A program made the translations under genes and the position numbers. 42,792 nucleotides of DNA from Planctomycetota bacterium (GTDB lineage Bacteria > Planctomycetota > UBA11346). Every line of letters begins with the position of its first letter. Within the stretch, counting starts at the first letter, position 1. The notes beneath the pieces were generated by a model. It did not search any database, was not told where the DNA came from, and was given only the letters and a program-made list of their open reading frames with translations. Below are positions 1-8,974 of the stretch, piece after piece. Where the stretch lies: contig JBBQSO010000044.1 of the NCBI GenBank assembly GCA_038213805.1, positions 1 to 42,792 of the forward strand, read 5' to 3'.

Positions 1-2
1 GC

Positions 3-3000
3 GGCGGCCGGGGCGACGGGATCACCGGCGGCGCCCGCAGCGGCGGGTGCGCCCGCAGTGGTTCCGGCGGGTGCTCCCGCAGGGGCTCCCGCCGCCGGTG
101 CAGTTCCTGCTGCAGCCGCGCCATCGGCAGGCGCGCCCGCAGCGGGATCTGCGCCAGCGGTAGGATCTGCCGCGGCGGTCGCCCCAGCATCCGCCGGCGC
201 GGTGCCGGCGGCGGGATCGGCACCAGCGGGGGTTCCGGCGGGCGGGCCGCCGAGCGCGGTGGCGAGATCGCCAGCCGCGCGCGTCAGGTTGGCGTCGCTC
301 GCAGCGAGCGCAGTCTCGGCGCGCGTGCGGTTCTCCCCTGCCTGCGGCGTGGTCTGCGCAGTGCTGGCGGGGTTGGCCTTGGCGTTGTCCTGCGCCGCGG
401 CCGAGTTGTCGAGCGCATGGCCCAGGTCACCCACCGCCTGGGCGAGCTGCGCAGCGGCGGCCGGCGAGTAGGCGCCGGAAGGCGGCGCGCCCGCCGCGGC
501 GGCCTCGGCGTCGAGCGCCTTCTTTTCGGCCTCGACCGCGGCCTGTTGCGCTTTGGCAGCGTTCTGCGAGGCCTGTTGCGCGTTCTGCTGGGCACCGCCA
601 TCGTTGGGGTTGTGCGCTGCCGCGTCGCGCGCGTTCGTCGCCTGATCGGCAGCCTGTTGGGCCTGGGTCTGGGCCTGGTCGGCCGCGGCCTGGGCCTGAT
701 CGGCCGCCGCCTGCTTGGGATCACTGGCCGCGGCCGCCTGCTGCGGATCGCTCGCTCCGGCTGCAGGGGCCGCGCCGTGCTTGGCGTCACCTGCTGCCGG
801 TGCGGCTGCGGGTGGCGTGCCCTGCTTGGCATCGCCCGGCGCCGGCGCGGCCGCCGCGCCCTGCTGCGCGTCACTGGCGGCTGGAGCGGGAGTGGGAGCA
901 GGGCTTTCCGCCGCCACCTGGGCGGCCTCGCCCACCGCGGCCGCGAGTTCGGCACGCGCCGCATCGCGCTGGGCCGCGGTCTGCGCGAGGTGCTCGGCGG
1001 CGGCGCGCTGCTCGCCAATCACCGCGGCGAGCGCCTTGCCGGCGTCGGCGGCAGGCTGGTTGGCGTTGGCCGGATCGCCGGAAGACGCCGCCTGGAACTT
1101 CTCGGCGAGGGGCTGGGCGACCTGCTGCTGGAGCTCGTCCGCGAGGTGCTCGCCCGCCGCAGCGATGTCCGCGCTCGGACGCGCGGCGGGGTCGGCCGGG
1201 TCGGGATGCGCGGCCGCCTCGGCGGCCAGCGCGTGGACCTGGTCGGCGGCGGCCGACAGCTGCTTCGGCTCGTCGTGCAGTCCGGCGGCGAGCGGCTGGT
1301 CGGCGGTGTGCGCGGCCGCCTGCTCCGCCTGCGCCCCGGCCGCCGGCAGCGCCTCCGCGACCTTGTTCTCCGCGGCGGCGAAGTCCTTGCGCGCCGCCGC
1401 GTCGGCGGCGTCAAGGGCGGTGACGCGCGCGGCGAGTTCGGTGAGACGCTGGGCGAGCGCGGCGCGCTCGGCCGCAGCGACCTTGGGCGCCGGCTGCTGC
1501 GCCGCGAGCGGAGCCAGCTCCGCGGCAAGCGCGTCGCGGCGCTTGGCATCGTTGACCTGCGCGGCCTCGCGCGCAAGCGCGTCGAGGCGGTCGGCGGCGG
1601 TGGCAGGCGGCGCGGCGGCTTTGTCGGCGGCGATCTCGGCCTTGCGCGCGTCCTCGCCCTTGCGACCGAGCAGCGCGGCGGCGCGCTCGGCGAGCGCGCG
1701 CACCACCGGCGCGGTGGGCGGCGCCGCAGCGGCCGCCACCGCATCGGTATCGCGGCCCAGCACGGCGAAGGCGGGACCGAGCTCCGCATCACCGGTCTGC
1801 CGACGGCGCTCACCCTCGACCATCAGCGCGACGGCGGACTCGCCGAGCACCTTCACCGGTTCCACGGTCGCGTCGGGCTTCTTCTGGAGCTGCTCGGCGG
1901 TGACGGCGAGCTGGTCGGCGGCGAGGCGGTCGAGTCCATCGTACCAGGCCTGCGCCTCCTGGGCGCGGCGGTCGATGCGCCAGCCCACGTCGCCCGGCTT
2001 GTAGTCGAGCAGCTCGTTGCCGATCGCTGCTTGCAGCTGGGCGCTTTCGGTGAACTCGCCCGCGGCACGCTCGACGGCGACCAGGGCGGCGGCGCGCTCG
2101 CGCAGGTCGCGGTGCAGCCCCTGCTTGGCCAGGGCACCGCCAGCCTGCTGCGCGGCCTGCAGTTCGCGGAAGTGCGCCTGCATGGGCACGGCGAGGTCGG
2201 CGGAGGCCTGGTGGTTGGAAGCCTCCTCCCAGCGCTCAGCCTCGTGCAACAGGTTCATCAGCTGGTCGTGGACGTTCTGAATGCGGTCGGCAGCGGGATG
2301 CGGCGAGCTCGGCACGTCCAGGTATTGGCCGCGCAACTCCTCGACCTTGGTCGCAAGCGCAGCCAGGGCGTGCGCGCCCCATAGCGCCGCGGCGCGGCCA
2401 GCGAGGCCGGCGCCGTCGCGACGCGCACGCTCGGTGCAGGCGGCGCGTGCATGCTGCGCCTCACGGCCGACCTGATCGAACCAACCGCTCGCCGAGGAGC
2501 TCTCCACCGCCAGGCGCAGGGCGCGCTCCTGGCTGGCGAGGCGCTCGGGGATGGCGCGCAGCCCGGCGATGCGATCGCGCACGCGCGCCAGGTCCTGGCG
2601 CAGCGGCGCGAGCAGGCCGGGGCGGACGCGGTCGTGCAGCTCGCGCTCGACCTGGGTGGCGACCGCGGCGCGCGCCTGCACGGCGTCGGCGACCATGCCC
2701 TGGCCCTGCTCGCCGGCCTTCAACAGCGCGTCAAGCTTCCACTCGGCGAGCGTGGGCAGCGTGGCACGCAGCTGGGCTGCCTCGTGCTCGCGCGAGCGCG
2801 AGAAGGCGAGCACGCTTTCGTTGCCGGCGACCTCGCCGATGCGGGCGAGCTGTCCGGGGATCTCGAGCACCGCCGCGAGGCCCGCGCGCAGACGCGTGCG
2901 CCCGGCCTCGAGTTGGCCCTTGGGCAGGCTCGCCATCGCCGTCACCAACACGCTTGAGCGCAGGCCCTCGACGCTGCGCAGGCGCTCGCTCGTAAACGGC

Positions 3001-5426
3001 ACCAGCTGGTTGTCGTGCTCGCCGAGGCGCGCGTTCAGGCCGGAGCCGCCGCCGCCCTGATAGTACTCGATCTCGATGGCGTGCCAGCCGGCCTCAAGGC
3101 GCAGGCGCACGCGGTAGTCGTTCATGCCGTGCTCGGACCACGCGTTGTCGGGGAGCAGGTTGCGGTGATTGCCGTCCAGGCGCAGACGCACGCCATCATC
3201 GCCGGTGAGCACGATGCTCCACTCGCCGCTGCCCGGGATGAAGATCTCGCCGCTGTAGCGCACACAGTAGTTGTCGTGCCCGACCACCGGCCAGCTGCGT
3301 TCACTCCAGATCGGCAGACCATTCTCGGTGTGCACTGGTTCGCCCTGGAAGTCGCGCCCGCGCCACACCCGCGCCAGCAGACCTGACTTGGCGTGGCGCT
3401 GTTCCCCGCTCCAGCCGCGCTCGCCAGCGACGATCGCCAGGGCGCGCTGCCAGCGCGCCGCGCCGGCCTCGGCCCCGGCGGCGACGCCGGCGGCCTCGAG
3501 ACGGGCGATGAACAGGGAGAGGTCGTGGCGCAGCGCGCCGAGGTCGTTGCCCGCAGCCTCGCACAGGTCGTGCGCGCGCTGCGCGCCGGCCGGGGCGCGG
3601 CTGACCGCGGCAACCGCCGCTACGGCCTGGTCGCCGAGGCCCGCACCGAAGGCGCGCGTCTCGTCCCCGAGGGCGAGCAGCGCGGCCGCCGCTGGACCGC
3701 CGGCCAAGGCCTCGGCGCGCAGCAGCGCGGCGGCCTCGCCGACCGCGCCGGCGAAGGCATGGCTGCGGTCCGCGAGCAGGCGCAGGTCGCCGCGCAGCGC
3801 GGCCGCATCGTCGCTGCCGGCGTGGGCGATGGCACCCCAGCCGCGCAGCAGCTGGCGCAGCGCGTCGGCCTGGGCGTCAAGTTGGCGCAGTGCCTGACGC
3901 AAGTGCGTCGCCTGGGCCGCCTCGGCGGCCTGAGCGCCGGCGGTGGCGGTCAGTGTGAGCGGCGTGCTGGCGGTGCTCTGGCCGCCGCTGTCGGTCGCGC
4001 GCAGCACCAGGCTCACGGTCTCGCCGACCTGCACCGCGACCTCGCCCAGGGCCAGCGGCACCGCCAGCCTGGCCTCGCGCACCGCTGCGCCGGGGGTGGC
4101 GGGCGGGGGCAGGGTCAGCGGCCGGCGCGCGCGCTCGGCGCCATCGACCGTGACCACCAATTCGAGGGACTTGAGGCCGAGGTCATCGCCCGCCTGCGCA
4201 TCAAGCAACACGGTCTCGTCGACACCGACCAGGCCGGCGGCGGTGCCGGCGCCGCCCAGACGCGCGCTCGGCGCGTGGTCGGGCAGCACGCTCAGCAGCC
4301 AGCGCTGGCTGGGCTCGGCGGCGATGCCGCTGACGCCGATCAGACGCAGGCCGTAGGAGAGGTTGGCGGTGGGCGCGAGTTCGGCGCGCAGCTGGCCATC
4401 CTGCAGGGTGGCCGCGCTTTCACCGCCGTCCCACACCAGCGCCGCTGCGGCGGCCTTCTCACCAGCCAGCTCGGCGCTGAGCGCGACCTTCGAACCGGCG
4501 ATGATCTCGGCGTCGCCGCTGCCCTCGACGATGCGCGCCGGCAGGCCGGTGTAGGGCGGTGGCGTGATGCGCAGCGCGACCTTCGCCAGGCGCGGCGGCT
4601 CGACCACGTCGACGCGGTAGGCGCGCGATTCGCCGTCGCCGGCCAGCACGCGGTAGGTCAGCGCGCGGGTCACCGCGGGCAGGCTCAGGCGGTAGTCGCC
4701 GGGGCGCGCGCCGCGCTCCAGCACGGGGTGCTCGACCACGCCGTCGGCCCACACCAACTCGAGGCCGGCCGCGCCAGGATCAGGAGTGGCGACCACCTGG
4801 ATGTCGAGCGCGGCGGCGGCGGCGAGGCGCACGTCGCCGGGCTGGACCTCGAGATGGACCAGCGACGGACGCAGCACCGCAGGCCACGCCGCGCGCGCGA
4901 GGTAGGCGGGCACGCCCGGCACCACGCATGCACCGGCGAGCAACGCGCCCAGGCCGAGAGCGCGCAGCCAGGCGCGGCGCGCGGCGCGCGTGCTGATCAG
5001 CGCGCGCACATCGAGCGCAGCGGCCTCCTGCGCGGCGAGCACGATGGTGCGCTCGATCATCCACGGGCTGACCCCGCCGGCGGGCCGGGCGGCGAGTTCG
5101 ACCGCGGAACTCAGACGCTCCTGCAGGCGGCCACCCGCGGCGCGCTCGAGGGCGTGCGCGCTCTCGACCAGGCGCGGGCGCGCGAAGAGCGGGTACAGAC
5201 AGCGCACCACCAGCACCCCGCCCGCGGCGCCATAGGCGACCAGGCTGAGCGTGGTGTGCAGGCCACGGCCGGGATGAAGCAGCGCGTCGCAGAGCGCGAC
5301 CGCGACCAGCCCACCGCCGCCCGCCAACGCCGCCTCGCCGAGGCCGCGCAGGGCGAGCACGCGGCGGCGCTGCTGGGCGAAGGTTGCGAGGGTCTGGGTC
5401 AGGACGGGCGGGAGGCCGTTGCTCAT
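3..5426 (-). CDS. Giant (>1800 aa, 3'-partial) DUF4175-like membrane protein: N-terminal TM helices, Ig-like region, PA14 domain, long Ala/Gln-rich coiled coil and Ala/Pro/Gly low-complexity tail
   Basis: Not in the ORF track because no stop codon falls inside the window. Manual translation from ATG at 5426 gives MSNGLPPVLTQTLATFAQQRRRVLALRG..., with LQERLSSAVEL, ITPPPYTGLP, AGDDLGLKSLEL and the PA14-like GLLARVWRG...YSGEIFIPGSGEWSIVLTGDDGVRLRLDG...IEYYQGGGGS. The plus-strand ORFs 417, 2451, 3015 and 3393 are all its in-register antisense shadow. Confidence 0.85.
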   Translation of the reverse strand, partial: MSNGLPPVLTQTLATFAQQRRRVLALRGLGEAALAGGGGLVAVALCDALLHPGRGLHTTLSLVAYGAAGGVLVVRCLYPLFARPRLVESAHALERAAGGRLQERLSSAVELAARPAGGVSPWMIERTIVLAAQEAAALDVRALISTRAARRAWLRALGLGALLAGACVVPGVPAYLARAAWPAVLRPSLVHLEVQPGDVRLAAAAALDIQVVATPDPGAAGLELVWADGVVEHPVLERGARPGDYRLSLPAVTRALTYRVLAGDGESRAYRVDVVEPPRLAKVALRITPPPYTGLPARIVEGSGDAEIIAGSKVALSAELAGEKAAAAALVWDGGESAATLQDGQLRAELAPTANLSYGLRLIGVSGIAAEPSQRWLLSVLPDHAPSARLGGAGTAAGLVGVDETVLLDAQAGDDLGLKSLELVVTVDGAERARRPLTLPPPATPGAAVREARLAVPLALGEVAVQVGETVSLVLRATDSGGQSTASTPLTLTATAGAQAAEAAQATHLRQALRQLDAQADALRQLLRGWGAIAHAGSDDAAALRGDLRLLADRSHAFAGAVGEAAALLRAEALAGGPAAAALLALGDETRAFGAGLGDQAVAAVAAVSRAPAGAQRAHDLCEAAGNDLGALRHDLSLFIARLEAAGVAAGAEAGAARWQRALAIVAGERGWSGEQRHAKSGLLARVWRGRDFQGEPVHTENGLPIWSERSWPVVGHDNYCVRYSGEIFIPGSGEWSIVLTGDDGVRLRLDGNHRNLLPDNAWSEHGMNDYRVRLRLEAGWHAIEIEYYQGGGGSGLNARLGEHDNQLVPFTSERLRSVEGLRSSVLVTAMASLPKGQLEAGRTRLRAGLAAVLEIPGQLARIGEVAGNESVLAFSRSREHEAAQLRATLPTLAEWKLDALLKAGEQGQGMVADAVQARAAVATQVERELHDRVRPGLLAPLRQDLARVRDRIAGLRAIPERLASQERALRLAVESSSASGWFDQVGREAQHARAACTERARRDGAGLAGRAAALWGAHALAALATKVEELRGQYLDVPSSPHPAADRIQNVHDQLMNLLHEAERWEEASNHQASADLAVPMQAHFRELQAAQQAGGALAKQGLHRDLRERAAALVAVERAAGEFTESAQLQAAIGNELLDYKPGDVGWRIDRRAQEAQAWYDGLDRLAADQLAVTAEQLQKKPDATVEPVKVLGESAVALMVEGERRRQTGDAELGPAFAVLGRDTDAVAAAAAPPTAPVVRALAERAAALLGRKGEDARKAEIAADKAAAPPATAADRLDALAREAAQVNDAKRRDALAAELAPLAAQQPAPKVAAAERAALAQRLTELAARVTALDAADAAARKDFAAAENKVAEALPAAGAQAEQAAAHTADQPLAAGLHDEPKQLSAAADQVHALAAEAAAHPDPADPAARPSADIAAAGEHLADELQQQVAQPLAEKFQAASSGDPANANQPAADAGKALAAVIGEQRAAAEHLAQTAAQRDAARAELAAAVGEAAQVAAESPAPTPAPAASDAQQGAAAAPAPGDAKQGTPPAAAPAAGDAKHGAAPAAGASDPQQAAAASDPKQAAADQAQAAADQAQTQAQQAADQATNARDAAAHNPNDGGAQQNAQQASQNAAKAQQAAVEAEKKALDAEAAAAGAPPSGAYSPAAAAQLAQAVGDLGHALDNSAAAQDNAKANPASTAQTTPQAGENRTRAETALAASDANLTRAAGDLATALGGPPAGTPAGADPAAGTAPADAGATAAADPTAGADPAAGAPADGAAAAGTAPAAGAPAGAPAGTTAGAPAAAGAAGDPVAPAA

Positions 5427-5512
5427 GGCTGGTTCACGATTTCCAGGACGTGGGCGGGCTGGAGGGCTAACGGCCCTTTACCGGTGCTGTGACCCTGAAG
5501 ACAGGGGACTTT

Positions 5513-5674
5513 ACCGCCAAGACGCCAAGGCGCCAAAGATGGAGCAGAAGGCAGTTGGATGCGAAATCAGCTGCCGGACCTCACAAAGCTCCAAGGACAG
5601 ACCTGAGCTCCGTGTTTAGGTTCGCCAGGCCGGTTCAGACTCCTCTTCCCTTTGCGACTTGGCGTCTTGGCGGT
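5513..5674. repeat. Inverted-repeat element built from CGCCAAGA-type 8-mers
   Basis: ACCGCCAAGACGCCAAG (5513-5529) is the exact reverse complement of CTTGGCGTCTTGGCGGT (5658-5674). The match extends imperfectly to about 26 bp (GCGCCAAAG vs TCGCAAAG). The spacer is about 110 bp and lower in GC. Confidence 0.85.
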
Positions 5675-5698
5675 TAGAATCGCCAGTTGCGGTACCAG

Positions 5699-8600
5699 TC
5701 ACGGCAACCCGACGCGCTTGCGCCACACCCATTCGGTCGCGAGCAATCCCAGCACGATCAGCAGCGCCGCATAATTGTCCCACAGCGTGTGGGTGGCGCG
5801 GTGCACGGTCGCGTGCGGTTCAAGGTGGGCGGCGAGGTCGCGCACCAGGTCCTCTGCCTGGTCGAGGGTGTCGGCGCGGAAGCCGCCGGTGACCGCCAGG
5901 CGGCTGAGGTTGGCGAGGTCGGCGCCGAGTTCGAGGCCTTCCTGGGTCTGGTGCGCGCGCACCACCAGGTCGCGGTTCTCGACCAGCCCGGCGAGGTCGG
6001 GGTCGCCGCTGGTCACCGCGATGCGCCAGTGGCCCTCGGCCAGCTCGGCGATCGGCAGGTGCCACAGGCCGTCGGCATCCTTGACCGGGGAAAGCTCCAG
6101 CTCGCGCGCGCTGGCCGGGTCCGGCCGGCCCTGATCGTCAAGGCGCTGCAGGGTGGCGCGCGGACTGCCTTGCGCGGGCGTGCCGTCGCGGTGGCGGGCG
6201 CGCACGCGCAGTTCGGCGCCTTCGTGCGGAGCGATCAGGGTGCGGTCGAGCGCGGCCTGCAGACGCGGGTCCTTGCCGCGCAGGCGGATGCCCAGGCCCC
6301 AGCGGATCGCCTGCAACCAGAAGGTCTGATGGACGCGGTCACCGAGGCGGTCGCGCCAGCGCCAGGTCTCGGGCGAGCCCACCCACAGCGTGCGGCCGGC
6401 GCCATAGCGGCTGGTCGCGACCACCGGGATGTGCTGGTCGCCGCGTGTCTCGAGCAGGACCTCGGCCCCCTCCTTGGCGGCGACATTACGCGCCAGCCAC
6501 TGCAGCGGCGGCAGCGCCGGCCACAGCTGCTGATTGAGCGCGACATCGTCCAGCACGCCGACGATCGGACTCTCGCGGCCGTCGCGGCCGAGCGTCACCG
6601 CGGTCGGCGCGCCGTCGGCCAGGCTCTGCGCGATGATGCGCACCGGCAGCAGGTTGGCGAGGCCGCCCAGGCCATAGCCCGCGGGCATGCCGCGCGGCCC
6701 GGCGATCGCCACCACGAAGCCACCGCGCCGCGCTACGAAGCGTTCCAGGCGCTGCTGGTCGTCGACGGTCAGCTCCCCGGGCGCGAGGTCGCCGATCACC
6801 ACCAGGTCGAAAGCGTCGAGCGCCTCCTGGGTGCGCGGCAGCAGCTCGCCGGGGGCGCGTGCATTACGCACCGTGCGATAGCGGCGCTCGACCTCGACGC
6901 GCTTGTCGCGCTCGAACATGTCGACCAGAAAGCGACTTTCCCAGCGCGGACTGGCATCGACGACCAGGACCTTGAGCGGGTCGTCATTGACCGCGACGCT
7001 GCAGTCGGCCTGGTTGTTGACCAGACTGGCCTCGGCCTCGTCGTCGGGCACCGTCGGCTGGCCGTTGGCGTCGCGGCTGAACGGCGCCAGGCGCGCGGCT
7101 GGCAGTGGGCGTTCGAGCTGGCCATCCGGTCGGGTCCAGCCGAGCGCAACGTGGCCGCCGCCGGCGGACTGCTTGTGCAATACCTCGAAGTAGTAGGCGT
7201 GGCCCTTCTCGAACGGGAGTTCGCGCGAGCGCTGGGCGCGGTACTTGTCCCACACGCCGCGATCGACGTAATCGGTGAGCTCGGCGACCTTGGTCAGGTC
7301 GCGCGGCTCGGCGCCGGGCGCCAGCCACAGCTCGGCCTTGTCGTCGCCGCTCAGCCACAGGGTGTAGGTCCCACTGTCGGGGGCGATCAGGTAGCCACGC
7401 AGGCGCGCGCCGTAGTCGGTCTGGTTGTCGATGACCTCGCCACCGGGCACCACCTCGACGCGGTCGGGCTTGCCGGTGTAGGCGGCGCTGGCGGTGAAGT
7501 CGTGGACCTCGTAGCCCTTGACCCCGGCCCACACCTCGCGCAGCAGGCCGCCACCGCCGGCGATGCGTCCGGTCGGCGCGCCGATGCGCTCGAGGCGCGC
7601 CTGGTAGGCGTGCACGCCGGCCTCGGCGTTGGCCTGCTCGAAGCGTTCGGTCTGCCATTGGCCGGTGCCGCGCACGGTGCGGCGGTCGACCACTGCGCCG
7701 TCGCGGCTGAGCACCAGCGCCCAGTCACGGTCCGGATAGCCGGTGATGCGGAAGCGCACGTCCAGACGCACGGTTTCGCCGCGGAAGACCTCGGCCGGGG
7801 CCTGCAGGTCGGCGACCACCGCATCGCGCGGCGTGCCGACGTCGCCGACCGCCACGCCCGCCAGGCGCGCGCCGCGCGCGGCCAGGGCGCGCACCGCTGG
7901 CAGCGGATCGCCGCCCGCGGTCTGCCGCCCGTCGCTGAGCAGGACCACGCCGCCGACGTGCTGCTGGTCGGCCCACTTGCGCGCCAGGGTCGAGAACGGT
8001 CCTGCGAAATCGGTGGTGCCCGCCGGGGGCGTGACCGTCGCGGCGAGGTCGGGCATGCGCGTCAGGCCACCCTCGTCGATGGCGAAGACGTCGACCTCGC
8101 TGGCGCTGGCGAGCAGCGGCAGCAGGCGGCTGCGCGTCAACAGGCGGGCACGCTCGAAGCGCGAGAGCTTGCCGAGGCGCTCCAGGCCGGCGCGCGCTGC
8201 CGGGCCGACCGCGGCGTCGGCGAGCAACGCCTGGTCCGCGGCAGCCTGGTCCGCATCAAGGCGCGGCAGCAGCGTGCGCGCCTGCGTACCGAGCGCGGCG
8301 AGAGCTGCGGCCACGTTGGCGACATGCTCGCCGCCCTCGCGGCGCAACAGCGCCTGGTAGCGCGCGAGCAGGTCGCGCTCGGCGACAAAGAAGGTGGCGA
8401 CTTCGGGCGCCTTGACCGTGCCCGCGGCCAGGGCGCGCGCGGCATCCTGGGCGGCGGCGGCGTGCAGCGCGGCGAGCGGCAGCAGCGCGTCGGGATCGGC
8501 GGCCACCGCGCCGTGCGCGCTCGCCTCCTGGGCGGTGGCGAGGCCGGCGCCCAGGCGCGCGAGATCGGCGGCGAAGGCGAGCAGTTCGTGACGCGCGCGG

Positions 8601-8974
8601 CGTGGACCGTCGCCGCGCACACCACCATCGACGAAGCCGAGGGCGACCGCGTCGTCGAGGCGGCGCGACAGCGGCATCTGCGCGTCGTTCACCGCCATCG
8701 AGGCGGAGCGGTCGATGAGCACCGCCACCGCCGGCAGGTCGCGCTGGGTGGTGGTGCGCGTCAGGGTCGGCTCAAGCAGCAGCAGGATGACCACCACCAC
8801 GACCGCGCCGCGCAGCCAGGACAGGCCGCGGCGCGCGCGCTCGGCGAGCAGGCCCAGTTCGGCGCGCGCCAAGCGCAGGATCGCCCAGGCGGCGCACGCG
8901 GCGCCGGGCAGCACCAGCCACCACGGCAGCCCGACCAGGGCCGCGGCCCAGCCGGTGGATGCGGCTTCGTTCAT
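5699..8974 (-). CDS. Membrane protein with split vWA domain, Ig-like domain, PA14 domain and class I GATase-like domain
   Basis: Two N-terminal TM helices; MIDAS-like LIDRSASM and VVLLSDGRQT; PA14 YGARLRGYLIAPDSGTYTLWLSGDDKAELW; VLVVDASPRWESRFL, FDLVVIGD, YGAGRTLWVGSPETWRWR; C-terminal LLATEWVWRKRVGLP typical of these operons. Confidence 0.88.
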   Translation of the reverse strand: MNEAASTGWAAALVGLPWWLVLPGAACAAWAILRLARAELGLLAERARRGLSWLRGAVVVVVILLLLEPTLTRTTTQRDLPAVAVLIDRSASMAVNDAQMPLSRRLDDAVALGFVDGGVRGDGPRRARHELLAFAADLARLGAGLATAQEASAHGAVAADPDALLPLAALHAAAAQDAARALAAGTVKAPEVATFFVAERDLLARYQALLRREGGEHVANVAAALAALGTQARTLLPRLDADQAAADQALLADAAVGPAARAGLERLGKLSRFERARLLTRSRLLPLLASASEVDVFAIDEGGLTRMPDLAATVTPPAGTTDFAGPFSTLARKWADQQHVGGVVLLSDGRQTAGGDPLPAVRALAARGARLAGVAVGDVGTPRDAVVADLQAPAEVFRGETVRLDVRFRITGYPDRDWALVLSRDGAVVDRRTVRGTGQWQTERFEQANAEAGVHAYQARLERIGAPTGRIAGGGGLLREVWAGVKGYEVHDFTASAAYTGKPDRVEVVPGGEVIDNQTDYGARLRGYLIAPDSGTYTLWLSGDDKAELWLAPGAEPRDLTKVAELTDYVDRGVWDKYRAQRSRELPFEKGHAYYFEVLHKQSAGGGHVALGWTRPDGQLERPLPAARLAPFSRDANGQPTVPDDEAEASLVNNQADCSVAVNDDPLKVLVVDASPRWESRFLVDMFERDKRVEVERRYRTVRNARAPGELLPRTQEALDAFDLVVIGDLAPGELTVDDQQRLERFVARRGGFVVAIAGPRGMPAGYGLGGLANLLPVRIIAQSLADGAPTAVTLGRDGRESPIVGVLDDVALNQQLWPALPPLQWLARNVAAKEGAEVLLETRGDQHIPVVATSRYGAGRTLWVGSPETWRWRDRLGDRVHQTFWLQAIRWGLGIRLRGKDPRLQAALDRTLIAPHEGAELRVRARHRDGTPAQGSPRATLQRLDDQGRPDPASARELELSPVKDADGLWHLPIAELAEGHWRIAVTSGDPDLAGLVENRDLVVRAHQTQEGLELGADLANLSRLAVTGGFRADTLDQAEDLVRDLAAHLEPHATVHRATHTLWDNYAALLIVLGLLATEWVWRKRVGLP

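Noticed and set aside
5419..5677. Small ORFs 5419-5619 and 5489-5677 across the inverted repeat
   Set aside because: They are translations of the repeat (RQDAKAPK, TAKTPRR), lie on the opposite strand to the operon and have no supporting features.
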